Counted from the stretch's first letter, positions 47,514 through 59,682 are shown. The stretch: 64,000 nt of DNA from Terrimicrobiaceae bacterium (GCA_041752695.1 JBGSVZ010000038.1:160001-224000), one strand, 5' to 3'. A program made the numbers and translations. The notes: generated from the letters alone by a model not told the origin.

Positions 47514-47546
47514 TTGACATGGGCTTATCAGCGCAATATCATTGCG
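47514..47546 (+). promoter_or_regulatory. sigma70 promoter with palindromic operator of the TA operon
   Basis: TTGACA-N17-TATCAT; CGCAAT-ATC-ATTGCG overlaps the -10. Confidence 0.75.
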
Positions 47547-47563
47547 TTTCCAATACATCCAAT

Positions 47564-47806
47564 ATGAAAACGCTGCAGATCCGCTTGCCGGACGAATTGC
47601 GAGACGAGGCTGATTCCGTTTTGTCGGCCATCGGTCTCGATTTACCCACGGCAGTCCGGCTGTATCTGACCAAGATTGTCCAAACGCGCAGCATCCCCTT
47701 TGCCCTCGAAGCCGGGCCGGAAACGGTGGAGGCCATCGCGGTGGATGGAGAAACCCAGGCTCGAATGGATGGCATCGCGGCAGCCTGGAAGGCGCGCAAG
47801 ACCTGA
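47564..47806 (+). CDS. RelB/DinJ-family antitoxin
   Basis: LQIRLPDELRDEA..VLSAIGLDLPTAVRLYL.KIV..RSIPF. Confidence 0.88.
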   Translation: MKTLQIRLPDELRDEADSVLSAIGLDLPTAVRLYLTKIVQTRSIPFALEAGPETVEAIAVDGETQARMDGIAAAWKARKT

Positions 47807-47807
47807 A

Positions 47808-48203
47808 ATGCAGATCATCTTTTCCCGGCGGATTCGCAAGCGGGAATTCGGGGGTAAAATTTCCGACGACGACATGGCTGTGCTGCGCCGCACGGCGGTT
47901 GTGACCCTGGCCACTCCCCTGGCTGGCCCGGGACTTCCGGCGGGAACGCGTTTGCTCAAAGCTTACGGTACGTCAAAAATGGGTCCCAAACGCGTGATCT
48001 ATCTCCTTATCGTGGCGGAGGGAGACCTGTTCCTGTTATTCTATCGGAGCAAGAACGATCCGATCGGCTCGAATGCAAGCCCCGCGAATCCCAAGTTCCG
48101 CGAGGAGCTTCAAAAGTATCTCACTTTGCTTCAGGAGGATATCTTGGCTGGGGAGATTGAAGTCCTAGATCTCGACGGGAATGATGTCCGAAAAAAAGGC
48201 TGA
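47808..48203 (+). CDS. putative divergent RelE-like toxin
   Basis: Starts 1 nt after the antitoxin stop; basic N-terminus; KRVIYLL and LFLLFYRSK. Confidence 0.55.
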   Translation: MQIIFSRRIRKREFGGKISDDDMAVLRRTAVVTLATPLAGPGLPAGTRLLKAYGTSKMGPKRVIYLLIVAEGDLFLLFYRSKNDPIGSNASPANPKFREELQKYLTLLQEDILAGEIEVLDLDGNDVRKKG

Positions 48204-48205
48204 CC

Positions 48206-49171
48206 TTATTCCGGGCCCTTCTCAATCCGCACCCTGAATGGCTCCGGAGAATGCAGGCGCATGTCGCGCTGGGGGAAGGGGATTTCGATGCCTGCTGCCC
48301 GGCAGAGGGCGTCGATGCGGAGGCGGAGGTCGCTGCCGACCTGCAGCGCGTTGCTGCGGTCGAGGGCGAGCCAGTAGTAGAGGTGAAAAACCAATGCGCT
48401 ATCTCCGAAGGCATCGAAATAGACGGCGGGAGCAGGGTCTTTCAGAACCTCGGCATGTTCGTCCAAGACCTGACGCAGGACGCTGAGGATGGCCGCGGTG
48501 TCCGTCCCGTAGGCAAAGCCGATGGTGAAATCGTAGCGATGGGTCGAGTCGGTGAGGGTCCAGTTGATGACATTTTTTTCGAGGAACATGCTGTTGGGCA
48601 CGAGAACTTCCACGCCATCGAACTTGCGCACCTGGGAGCAGCGGCTGCCGAGTTTGGTGACGCGTCCGAGGTTGCCGTCCACGTCGATTAAATCACCCAC
48701 CCGGATCCCCCGTTCGAAAAGCAGAATGAGTCCGCTGATGAAGTTGTTCATCAGGGCCTGGGTGCCAAAACCGATCCCAATGGCAATGGCTCCGCCGAGG
48801 AAGGCAAACACGGTGAGGGGGATGCTCAGCCAATTGAGGATGGTCAGGACAAATAGCGTGGCCAGCAGGTAAAAAATCCCTTTTTGCAGGACTTCGGCGT
48901 GTTCGGTGGCGAGGGTGAAACGTCGACGGATGGCGCTTGAAGTGAACGTCGAGAGGGCTCGGGCGATAACGAGGGCGAGGGTAAGCCCGAGGACGCCGAG
49001 GACAATTTTTCCCACCGAGGCCTGGATGTTGTCGGCGTGAATAATCTGATGGTTCCAGATCGCCGAGACGAGATCTCCCGCCCGAGTCAGATTGTCGTCG
49101 GGGTCCTGGGGTGCTGCCGGGGCGGAGACCGCCAGCGGCAGCAACCAAACGGATATGCCAGCCAACCCCAT
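48206..49171 (-). CDS. mscS: small-conductance mechanosensitive channel
   Basis: GAIAIGIGFGTQ..NNFISGLILL, VGD, VPNS, EIPFPQRD. Confidence 0.9.
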   Translation of the reverse strand: MGLAGISVWLLPLAVSAPAAPQDPDDNLTRAGDLVSAIWNHQIIHADNIQASVGKIVLGVLGLTLALVIARALSTFTSSAIRRRFTLATEHAEVLQKGIFYLLATLFVLTILNWLSIPLTVFAFLGGAIAIGIGFGTQALMNNFISGLILLFERGIRVGDLIDVDGNLGRVTKLGSRCSQVRKFDGVEVLVPNSMFLEKNVINWTLTDSTHRYDFTIGFAYGTDTAAILSVLRQVLDEHAEVLKDPAPAVYFDAFGDSALVFHLYYWLALDRSNALQVGSDLRLRIDALCRAAGIEIPFPQRDMRLHSPEPFRVRIEKGPE

Positions 49172-49175
49172 GGGT

Positions 49176-50310
49176 CTAAAGATCGTCGTCCTGCGCGCCC
49201 TTCTTGTAAGTGAGACCGCGCAGTTTCCCTTCAATGAACGCATCGATGTCGCCGTCCATCACGGCCTGGATGTCGCTGGTCTGCACCCCGGTTCGCAGGT
49301 CCTTGACCATTTGATAAGGCTGGAACACGTAGGAGCGGATTTGGTTGCCCCAGGCGATGTCGCCTTTTTCGCCATATTGACGGTCCACCTCGGCCCGCTT
49401 TTTGTCGGCCTCCATCTGGTAAAGTTTCGACTTGAGCAGAGCCATGGCCATTTCGCCGTTGCGGCCCTGGCTGCGTTCGGCCTGACAGGCGGCGACGATA
49501 CCGGTGGGCACGTGGCGCAGGCGCACGGCGGTTTCCACCTTGTTGACGTTTTGGCCACCCTTGCCCCCGGCGCGGTAGGTTTCGCGTTCGATATCGGCGG
49601 GATTGATCTCAATGGGCGCGTCTTCGATTTCCGGGACGGCGTCCACGCTGGCGAACGACGTATGACGGCGTTTGTTGGAATCGAACGGCGAGATGCGGAC
49701 GAGACGGTGCACGCCGATTTCGTTTTTCAAATAGCCGTACGGATGGTCGCCCGCAACGCGGAGGGTGACGGATTTGACGCCCGCCTCGTCGCCGAGTTGC
49801 ATGTCGACCACGTCGCTCTTGAGCCCGCTGCGTTCCATCCAGCGGTTAAACATGCGGAGGAGCATGTCGGCCCAGTCGCAGGATTCCGTGCCGCCGGCTC
49901 CGGCGTGGATGGTGAGGAAACAGGGGTATTTGTCGAACTCGCCGGAAAGCAGTTGTTGAAGTTCGAATTTTTCCAGATCGCGCACCACGGCGTCGAATTC
50001 CGCGCGGGCGTCGGCCAGGGCCTTGGGCTGGGTCTCGGCGGGTTCTTCCGCGACCAATTCCTTCAGGACCTCAAGGTCCTCGACCCGGGATGCGAGCGAT
50101 AGGAAGGGCTGGATTTTTCCGCGAAGGGCAGAGACCTGCTCGACGTCGCGCTGGGCGGCCTCCTTGTTGTTCCAGAAGTCGGGTGAGGCCATGCGGGCCT
50201 CGATTTCGGAGAGTTTCTGAGTGAGGACGGGCAAGTCAAAGATACCTCCGAAGCTCGGCGATGCGCGTCGAGACAACGGAGGTGTCAATCATGTCAAGGT
50301 TATCGGTCAT
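49176..50310 (-). CDS. prfB: peptide chain release factor 2 (programmed +1 frameshift)
   Basis: ATG 50310 [14 protein letters not shown] then CTT TGA C; SPF and GGQ motifs in the +1 frame. Confidence 0.96.
50235..50249 (-). promoter_or_regulatory. prfB frameshift site with internal SD
   Basis: GGAGGT-AT-CTT-TGA-C. Confidence 0.93.
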
Positions 50311-50389
50311 AAAGGAAAAGTGATTGAAAGGGGAATTTGGCGGGATGACAAGGATGGACGCGGACTGTCCACTCAAGGCGAACTTGGGC

Positions 50390-50424
50390 GTTCAAAGTTG
50401 AACGTTCGACGTTCAGCGTTGCGC
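50390..50424. repeat. degenerate 7-bp tandem repeat
   Basis: GTTCAAA GTTGAAC GTTCGAC GTTCAGC GTTGCGC. Confidence 0.6.
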
Positions 50425-50440
50425 GCGAAGCGCGTACGCG

Positions 50441-50782
50441 TCACTTTTCCTTAACTTCCTGCGCCTTGGCAGAGTCGAGGCGGAAGATGGTTTCGCCTTC
50501 TTTCATCATGCCGAGGCGGTCGCGGGCGATGGTCTCGATGTATTCCCGATCGTTCTCGAGGAGATAGACTTCGCGCGTCTGCAGCTTATTGAGCGATTCT
50601 TCTGCGGCAAGTTGGGCCTGTTTTTGTTCCAGGTTTCGCACCATGGAGTCGCGGCGCTTGAGTTCGGGGTAAAACCAAAGGCTGACGATGCAAATGATTC
50701 CGACGAAGGCAAGGAACATGAGGACGCGGTTGAGCGCCTTCAAGAATGAGGAATCTTTGCGGCGGCGGCCGTCGGATTTCAT
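50441..50782 (-). CDS. septum formation initiator (FtsB/DivIC family)
   Basis: One TM helix, coiled coil, YIETIARDRLGMMKEGETIF; lies after eno. Confidence 0.85.
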   Translation of the reverse strand: MKSDGRRRKDSSFLKALNRVLMFLAFVGIICIVSLWFYPELKRRDSMVRNLEQKQAQLAAEESLNKLQTREVYLLENDREYIETIARDRLGMMKEGETIFRLDSAKAQEVKEK

Positions 50783-50878
50783 GGAGTGTAGTTTAGCGTG
50801 CGGGCTTTGCTCGGCAAGCATGGTGTGAGGGCCTGCTGGAGGCCAGCCCCGCCGGGGCGGGCTACAGGATACTCAACG

Positions 50879-50917
50879 GCAAAAAGGCGGCGCGGAAAGT
50901 TCCGTGCCGCCTTTTGC
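50879..50917. terminator. intrinsic terminator downstream of eno
   Basis: AAAAAGGCGGCGCGGAA/TTCCGTGCCGCCTTTT hairpin with A/T tails. Confidence 0.75.
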
Positions 50918-50942
50918 GAATGGTTGTTTGGGACGCGGAGGC

Positions 50943-53001
<2,059 letters not shown>

Positions 53002-53108
53002 GTCGGTGCGACCATGGCCGAGAGTAAAACCACTTTTGCGCGCTAGGCGAGCGTCGCGTCAGGTTTGGTGCATTTTTCTCGTGGGGGGCGGTCGCCGGGA
53101 GCTACGAT

Positions 53109-53165
53109 GTTGGAGTCCAGCCTTTAGGCTGTTCAGGGAGGCACACGCTAAAGCGTGAACTCCAA
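53109..53165. repeat. REP doublet (REPIN-like), copy 2
   Basis: GTTGGAGTCCAGCCTTTAGGCTG ... CACGCTAAAGCGTGAACTCCAA; left arm matches the reverse complement of 41174-41196 at 22/23. Confidence 0.75.
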
Positions 53166-53220
53166 TGGTAAGCCTCGCTCGGCTGCTTTCCTGTCATACA
53201 CTCGAAGCAGGTGGGCGAAA

Positions 53221-53682
53221 TCAATGGGAGTGTGAGCAGGTGCAGGCGTATTCCGCGAGTTTGCACTCGGGGCATTTCGCCATGTTGAGGGTGAATTTTT
53301 CCACGACAGTTTTCGCCTCCGGCGTCACCTTGATCTGGACGACGGCGGGAAAGGCCATGCCTTCGGGCAGGGGCTGGTCAGAGACGAGTACGTTGCCGGA
53401 TTGAGCGAACGCCAGCTTTTTCGGAGCCGAACGTTCGCCGGCAGTGACCGTGACCACCTGCCCGGCGGGGGCGATGGCCTGGCCGTCGTCGTCGAGAAAA
53501 GTGATTTGCACCTTGCGGTCGCTCGTGACGAAAAATTCCGCGTGCGGTTCGATGGCGGTGAGGATTTTTCCGCCGTTCGGGCCGGCCTCTTTTTTGGCGT
53601 GGTCGTGTCCGTGGTTGTCGGCGGCAAATGCCGGAAAGGCGAGGATGAGGGTGGCGATGAGGGTGAGGATGGGTGTTTTCAT
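53221..53682 (-). CDS. secreted His/Cys-rich putative metal-binding protein
   Basis: Signal peptide, HGHDH, GPNGG, C-terminal CPECKLAEYACTCSHSH. Confidence 0.75.
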   Translation of the reverse strand: MKTPILTLIATLILAFPAFAADNHGHDHAKKEAGPNGGKILTAIEPHAEFFVTSDRKVQITFLDDDGQAIAPAGQVVTVTAGERSAPKKLAFAQSGNVLVSDQPLPEGMAFPAVVQIKVTPEAKTVVEKFTLNMAKCPECKLAEYACTCSHSH

Positions 53683-53755
53683 TCTTTTGGTTTGGTTTTT
53701 TTGGTTGCTGGGAAAAAGAGAGGAGTGCGGTCATCGGCTCCACGCTAAGGGAAGT

Positions 53756-56700
53756 TCATTGCGCGGCGGCGGCGTTGCGGGCGAGGGCCCCGGTGGCGGC
53801 TTGGCGGCCGAAGGTATAAAAAATCAGCGGAGTGATGAGGAAGTCGAGCAGGGTGGAGGAGACGAGACCGCCCACAATGACGACGGCCACGGGATGGAGG
53901 ATCTCCTTGCCGGGCTGGTCGCCGGCGAGGACAAATGGAATCAAGGCGATGCCGGCGGCGAGGGCGGTCATGAGGACCGGGACCATGCGCTCAAGGGTGC
54001 CTCGCTCGACCATCTGGCGGGTAAACTCTTCGCCTTCGTGTTTCATCAGGTGGAGGTAGTGGGAGAGCATCATGATGCCATTGCGCGCGGCGATGCCACC
54101 GACGGCGATGAAACCGACGAGAGTGGCGATACTAATGTTATCAATCAGCAGCCAGGTGAGGACAAGACCGCCGACGAGGGCGAGGGGGATATTGAGCAGC
54201 ACCTGCAGGGCGAGCGAAAGGCTCTGGAAGTAGCCGTAGAGCAGGAAGACGATGATGACGAAAACGGCGGCGCTGAGGATGAGGATGCGCTGGGTGGCTT
54301 CCTGCTGGGCCTGGAACTCGCCTTCGTAGGTTACGAAGTAGCCCTCGGGGAGTTTCACCTGGTCGGCCACCATTTTTTCGAATTCGGCGACGCGGGCGCC
54401 CACGTCGCGGACGGTTGGTTTGATGGCGATGGTGAAGCGGCGCTGGCCATTTTCGCGGAAGATGACATTGGGCCCCTTGGCTTCACGCACGTCGGCGATG
54501 GCGTGCAGGGGAAGGAAACGTCCGCCGATGTCGATGGGAAGCTGGGCGATTTTTTCGGGGGAGTCGCGCCAGGCCAAGGGCAGGCGCAGGACGAGATTGA
54601 TGGCGCGCTGGCCTTCGCGCAGTTCGGCCACGGATTTCCCGCCCACGAGGGTGCTGAGTTTTTCATTGAGGATCCCCGGGGTGATGCCATAGGCCGCCGC
54701 GCGGTCGCGGTCGGCTTCGATGCGGAGCTGTGGGATGGAGGATTGCTGGTCGAGTTTGGCATCGGCGAAGCCAGGAATGGTTTTGGCAATGCCCTGGATT
54801 TGGGTGCCGAGGCGGCGGAGGGTGTCGAGGTCGGGACCAAAGACCTTGATGGCGACGGGGGCGGAGACGCCGCTGAGCATGTGGCCGATGCGGTCGGCCA
54901 GAGGGCCACCGACGACCGCGAAGACGCCTGGGACGGATTGAACCCGCGACTTGAGGTCGGCGAGGATCTCGGCGCGGGAACGGCCCTTCGCGTTCCCGCC
55001 CTGTCGGAAATCCACATCGAATTCCGCAGTGGAGACGGGCACGACGTGGTCGCCGCGTTCCGCACGGCCGAGGCGGCGGCCGACTTTGGAAACTTCGGGC
55101 ACGGCGAGGATTTGTTCCTCAATCGCGTCGGAGATCTGGTTCATTTGCTCAAGCGAGGTGCCAGGCGCGGAGGTGGCGGCGATAAGGGCGGTTTCTTCCT
55201 TGAAGGCGGGAAGGAAATCCTTGCCCATGCTGGCATAGAGGGAGAAGGCGGCGAGCCCACCGAAGAGGACGACGGCCAGAACCGGGTAGGGCAGCTCGAA
55301 CGCCAGGCGCAGGGCCGTGGAGCGGAGCAGGCGTTTCATCGAGCGCACAAGCCAGCCGTCGGGGTGGTCGTGGCCGGGTTTCGGGTTGAGCAGGAAGGAG
55401 CAGAGAACTGGGATGAGGGTGAGGGAAACGACAAAGGAGGCGATCATACTGATGATCGTCGCGATGGCGATGGGGGCGAAAAGCTTGCCCTCGACACCGG
55501 TGAGTCCGAGCAGGGGGATGAAGACGAGCACGATGAGCACAGTGGCGTAGAGGATGGAGCTGCGGACTTCTCCAGACGCGCGGGCGATGACGGCAAGCTT
55601 GGGCTGGGGATTAGGCAGGGAGGCATTTTCGCGCAATCGCCGGAAGACGTTTTCCACATCCACAATGGCGTCGTCCACCACCATGCCGATGGCGACGGCG
55701 AGGCCGCCAAGGGTCATGGAATTTACGGACACACCTAGCCATTGAAAGGTGAGCAGAGTGATGGCGAAGCTCATGGGCATGGCCATGAGGGTGATGAAAG
55801 TGGTGCGGAAGTTGAGGAGGAATATGAACAACACGACAGCGACCATCACGGCTGCCTCGATGATGGCGCTCCGGAGGTTGCCCATGGCGTTGTCGATGAA
55901 ATCCTTTTGCTGAAAAAGCACGACGGTCTCGACGCCCTTGGGCAAGGTCGGTGCGAGTTCGTCGAGGGCTTCCTTGATCTGCCGGGTGAGCGAGCGGGTG
56001 TCGAAGCCGGGGGATTTTGTCACGGACATGATCACGCCGTACGTGGGCGTTTTTTCCGGGGCCTGGCTGACGGTGGCATCGCCTCGCATGGGCTCGATCC
56101 CCCAGGCCACGGTGGCCACATCGGTGAGGAGAATGGGGCGGTCGCCGACCTTTTTGATGACCGTGCGCCCTAGGGCGGTGAGGTCGGTGGTCATGGCCAG
56201 ATTGCGGACCATGATCTCGGTGGGGCCGGTGGTGAGGAAACCTCCGGTGGTCGTGTTAGCGGCGGCTGCTGCGGTGGCGGTGAGTTCGTCGAAGCTCACT
56301 CCGTGAGCCTGCATGCGGTAGGGATCGGGCTGGATTTCAATCTGCCTGATGCCGCCGCCCATGTTCAGGACCTCGGCGATGCCGGGAATGCTTTGCAGGC
56401 GGCGCTTGATGGTCCAGTCGGCGAGCGAGCGGACTTCGCTGGGCGGGATGTAGCCCGGCTGACCTTCCTTGGTGGTGGAGCGAACGCCGACGAGAAGGAT
56501 TTCGCCCATGAGTGAAGCGACGGGTGTGAGGAAAGGTTGGACACCGTCCGGGAGTTGCTCGCGGGCCGTCTGCAAGCGCTCCTGCACGAGAATGCGGTTT
56601 TTATAAATGTCGGTGCCCCAGTCGAATTCGGCATACACCAGAGAGAGCGCGACATCGGAATTTGATCTCAGTCGGGTGAGGCCGGCGACGCCCATGAGGG

Positions 56701-56914
56701 CGCTTTCCAGCGGCTGAGTGACGCGGATTTCAACCTCCTCCGGTGAGAGGCCGGGGGCTTCGGTGAGGATCACGACAGTCGGCTTCGTGAGGTCGGGCAG
56801 CACCTCGACTGGGAGCCGCAGGGCAGTGGTGACGCCAAGGGCGAGAAGAATGAGGGAAAAACCGACGACAATGGGTCGATTCGTCAGCGACCATGAAATA
56901 AGGCGATTAAGCAC
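53756..56914 (-). CDS. czcA: heavy-metal RND efflux permease (CzcA/CusA family)
   Basis: VEVLPDL, GMVVDDAIVDVEN, ARNGIM, ERMVPVLMTA. Confidence 0.9.
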   Translation of the reverse strand: MLNRLISWSLTNRPIVVGFSLILLALGVTTALRLPVEVLPDLTKPTVVILTEAPGLSPEEVEIRVTQPLESALMGVAGLTRLRSNSDVALSLVYAEFDWGTDIYKNRILVQERLQTAREQLPDGVQPFLTPVASLMGEILLVGVRSTTKEGQPGYIPPSEVRSLADWTIKRRLQSIPGIAEVLNMGGGIRQIEIQPDPYRMQAHGVSFDELTATAAAAANTTTGGFLTTGPTEIMVRNLAMTTDLTALGRTVIKKVGDRPILLTDVATVAWGIEPMRGDATVSQAPEKTPTYGVIMSVTKSPGFDTRSLTRQIKEALDELAPTLPKGVETVVLFQQKDFIDNAMGNLRSAIIEAAVMVAVVLFIFLLNFRTTFITLMAMPMSFAITLLTFQWLGVSVNSMTLGGLAVAIGMVVDDAIVDVENVFRRLRENASLPNPQPKLAVIARASGEVRSSILYATVLIVLVFIPLLGLTGVEGKLFAPIAIATIISMIASFVVSLTLIPVLCSFLLNPKPGHDHPDGWLVRSMKRLLRSTALRLAFELPYPVLAVVLFGGLAAFSLYASMGKDFLPAFKEETALIAATSAPGTSLEQMNQISDAIEEQILAVPEVSKVGRRLGRAERGDHVVPVSTAEFDVDFRQGGNAKGRSRAEILADLKSRVQSVPGVFAVVGGPLADRIGHMLSGVSAPVAIKVFGPDLDTLRRLGTQIQGIAKTIPGFADAKLDQQSSIPQLRIEADRDRAAAYGITPGILNEKLSTLVGGKSVAELREGQRAINLVLRLPLAWRDSPEKIAQLPIDIGGRFLPLHAIADVREAKGPNVIFRENGQRRFTIAIKPTVRDVGARVAEFEKMVADQVKLPEGYFVTYEGEFQAQQEATQRILILSAAVFVIIVFLLYGYFQSLSLALQVLLNIPLALVGGLVLTWLLIDNISIATLVGFIAVGGIAARNGIMMLSHYLHLMKHEGEEFTRQMVERGTLERMVPVLMTALAAGIALIPFVLAGDQPGKEILHPVAVVIVGGLVSSTLLDFLITPLIFYTFGRQAATGALARNAAAAQ

Positions 56915-58010
56915 GGGCGGCTCCCTTCTTGCGGAAGATCGTAACCAGCCAGGCGACAAAAAAGGTCAGACTGGTGATCATCCAAAAAGAGTTCTGACCG
57001 TTCTGCCCCGGTAGGGTCGGCGGTTCCGTTTTTTTGGCATCGGAGAGCTCCGATCCATCCTCGGCATGTTCGTGACCGTGGGCGGCGTCGAGAGCCTCCT
57101 TGAGGGAAATGCTTCCTCCGCCGGCGAAGGCCAGGGAATAGGCTCCCCGCGTGACAACTTCATCGGCGGGCAGCAGACCGCTGACGATTTCGACGCTGCG
57201 GTCGTTGATTTCCCCGACCACAACGGGAGTTTTCACGAAGGCATTCGGCAGATCAAAATCCTTCACATAAACAAAGCGGTTGGCCGCATCGCCCTGGAGC
57301 GCGGTACGGGGGATGCTCGTTACTCCGGCGCGTTTTTTCAGCACAATGGAAAACTCCGCCCTCATCCCGGGGCGCAGGTCGAGCTTGGGATTCTCGACAT
57401 GAAACGCGGCCTCGACCGTGCCGCTTTCGGCGTCGGCGGTGGCGCCAAGGTGTTCGAGATCGGCTTCGAAATTCTGATTCCCGGCGGCGGGAACGGTGAT
57501 GCGCGCCTTGAGCCCCGGTTTGAGTTGGCCGGCGAGATGTTCCGGCACGCGGGCGAGGGCATAAACTTCGGAGAGGTCGAGGATTTCGGCCAGCACCTTA
57601 TCCGGTTCGACCGGTTCACCCGGAATAATGTACGTGGCGCTGACCAGTCCGGAAATCGGAGCGACCACATCCACGCGCGGCGGCGGGTTGCCCGGCTGGC
57701 GGCTTTCCACGATCAGGGCGACGTCGCCTTTTTTAATCGGGTGGTCATGTTTGGCAAAAACTTCCAGGGCGCGACCGGGAATACGGCTGCTGATCGCGGC
57801 GCGGCGGCCGGGATAAACGTCAATGCGTCCGAGGGCAAAGACGGATTCCTCGAAATCGGCTTCCTCCACTAAGACGGTTTCGATGCGGAGATTTTTCACT
57901 CCGGTCTCGTTCAGCACGACGGTATTAGCACTGCCGCCGCCCGTTTCTTCCGCGGCACCTATGGGCCCAATGCCGAGGATGATGAGATATAAAGAGAGGG
58001 TGTATTTCAT
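56907..58010 (-). CDS. czcB: RND membrane fusion protein (CzcB-like)
   Basis: APISGLV, LRPGMRAEF, His-rich HGHEH. Confidence 0.85.
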   Translation of the reverse strand: MKYTLSLYLIILGIGPIGAAEETGGGSANTVVLNETGVKNLRIETVLVEEADFEESVFALGRIDVYPGRRAAISSRIPGRALEVFAKHDHPIKKGDVALIVESRQPGNPPPRVDVVAPISGLVSATYIIPGEPVEPDKVLAEILDLSEVYALARVPEHLAGQLKPGLKARITVPAAGNQNFEADLEHLGATADAESGTVEAAFHVENPKLDLRPGMRAEFSIVLKKRAGVTSIPRTALQGDAANRFVYVKDFDLPNAFVKTPVVVGEINDRSVEIVSGLLPADEVVTRGAYSLAFAGGGSISLKEALDAAHGHEHAEDGSELSDAKKTEPPTLPGQNGQNSFWMITSLTFFVAWLVTIFRKKGAARA

Positions 58011-58012
58011 GA

Positions 58013-59236
58013 CTAGCGGGATTCGCCCACGGCGGTGAGCCATTCGATGCGGGAAAGATGGAATTTTTTGCGCGCTTCGAGGGCGGCAGTTTCGGAAGTG
58101 GACAGCCGTTCGCGAGCGAGAAAGAGGGCTTGCAGGTCGAGTTCGCCGCGCTGATATGCAGCTTCAGTTTCGGCGACCTGTTTGCGGGCAGCGGGGAGGA
58201 CGCGGGATTCCAGGAGAGTGGCCGCGCGGTATAATGCGGTCATGGCCCGGTGGGCGGTGAGCGCTTGATTGAGGGCCGCCAGGCGCAGGGCGGCGAGCAT
58301 CTGGTGGCGTCTTTCGGCGGTGGCTTGTTTTTCGGCGACAAGGCCCAGGCCGTTGTTCCAAAGGGGAAGGGGAATGCTAAAGCGCACGCCGATGAGTGCC
58401 TCCGGCTCGATCCCTTCCGGTTCGTCCCGGAAGCGTTCGCCTTCGACAAAAACCCCGACGCCGACATCCTCCCAGCGTGAAGCCTGGGCGAGCGACACAT
58501 CCACAGCACCGGCCTCGACCGCCATCTCCGCCAGTCGCAAGTCGGGACGGTCACCGAGGGAGCGATTGGCGGGTAGCGCCTTGGGCAGCGCCAGCGTGTC
58601 TTTGAGGATGATTCGAACGTCGGCTTTCTCCCCCAGCAAAGTGGCGAGGCGTCCAGCCGCGAGGGCTTCCTCCGCGCGGAGTGCCTCGCGCGAGGAGGCA
58701 AAACCCTCCCCGGCCAACGCGGCCTGTCCTGCATCAAGGCTGGATGTGAAACCTTCCGCCGTGCTCGTTTTAAGGGACTCAACCAATGCCAGGGCCACAT
58801 CGGCCTGGCGGCTGGCCAAGGAGATGGATTCGCGAGCGCCGGCCAGTTCGTAAAATGCCCCCCTTGCCGCCATGGCAAGTTGCGCCTCTTTTTGCCGTAC
58901 CTCCAGCCGCGCGGTTTCGATATCGAGGGCGGAAAAATTTCGCTCCAGCCGCAAGCGGGCGGTGAGCGGAAATCGCTGGGTCAGACCGACGGACACCCGG
59001 CCCTCGAAGTCCTGACCTCCGGCCACTTCCAGATCCACTTCGGGATTGGTGAGTCGCCCGGAGTTCCGGGCACGTCCCGCCCCTTCCGCGACGAGGGTGC
59101 GTGCGGCAAGGAGTTCGGGATTTTTTTCACAAGCGAGGCGTGCGGCGGAGTCCGCCGTGAGGGCAAGATCCGCAATGGCGGAAATTGGAGAGAGAGCAAG
59201 GCTGATCGCCAGTCCCAGCAAAGGAATTCGCATCAT
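58013..59236 (-). CDS. czcC: TolC-family outer membrane factor (CzcC-like)
   Basis: NPEL, RPDL, IPLPLWNNG, AYQRGE. Confidence 0.85.
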   Translation of the reverse strand: MMRIPLLGLAISLALSPISAIADLALTADSAARLACEKNPELLAARTLVAEGAGRARNSGRLTNPEVDLEVAGGQDFEGRVSVGLTQRFPLTARLRLERNFSALDIETARLEVRQKEAQLAMAARGAFYELAGARESISLASRQADVALALVESLKTSTAEGFTSSLDAGQAALAGEGFASSREALRAEEALAAGRLATLLGEKADVRIILKDTLALPKALPANRSLGDRPDLRLAEMAVEAGAVDVSLAQASRWEDVGVGVFVEGERFRDEPEGIEPEALIGVRFSIPLPLWNNGLGLVAEKQATAERRHQMLAALRLAALNQALTAHRAMTALYRAATLLESRVLPAARKQVAETEAAYQRGELDLQALFLARERLSTSETAALEARKKFHLSRIEWLTAVGESR

Positions 59237-59682
59237 GAGGAGTGTTTTCCGCTGTGATAATTGACCCGGATTTTCACCGCCTGACAGGCTTCGCTAAGAG
59301 GGAAACTCGCGACGTAAGAATGACGTCCGGAACGGGCGTGGGTGCCCCGCGGGTGTTTAGGCGAATTTAGCTCGTCTTTTATCTCCGCAAGGATCCGGCC
59401 ATGGGCACCAATCAATTGAATATCCACGTGGGCCGGTCGCAAAAGTTGATGCGGCCTGGCGTGGCCGGCCACATAGAGGCGGTCGGCGCTTTCATGAGTG
59501 CGAACACTCAAGATCGAGCCCGCTCCCGAGGGAAGGGTTTCGATGGGGAGGTGGGAGTCCCGGTGTTTGACCAATGCGTTGGAGGCACACGCGGAAAGCG
59601 CGGTCATCCCCGCGAGGGTCAGGGTGACATTTCGCAGGGTTGTGAGCCCGCCGACGAAGTATGGAATGAGGAAGTTTTTCAT
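59233..59682 (-). CDS. His-rich putative lipoprotein
   Basis: LSAC lipobox; HVDIQL; stop overlaps the czcC start. Confidence 0.65.
   Translation of the reverse strand: MKNFLIPYFVGGLTTLRNVTLTLAGMTALSACASNALVKHRDSHLPIETLPSGAGSILSVRTHESADRLYVAGHARPHQLLRPAHVDIQLIGAHGRILAEIKDELNSPKHPRGTHARSGRHSYVASFPLSEACQAVKIRVNYHSGKHSS

Noticed and set aside
47676..47807. Longer N-terminus of the toxin ORF
   Set aside because: Overlaps the antitoxin; ATG 47808 right after its stop is more plausible.
42263..48203. Prophage, IS or integrative element around the defence island
   Set aside because: No integrase, transposase, tRNA or flanking direct repeats seen.
50390..50424. Possible CRISPR array
   Set aside because: 7-bp units with no spacers; no cas genes in the window.
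50845..50866. GTAG-type REP-like GC hairpin (similar at ~53086-53105)
   Set aside because: The two sites are too dissimilar to call a family.
53444..55738. 764 aa plus-strand ORF (likewise 42380-44635, 6333-8066, 12691-14316, 34841-36586, 50904-52235, 1983-3479)
   Set aside because: Each lies antisense to a well-supported gene.
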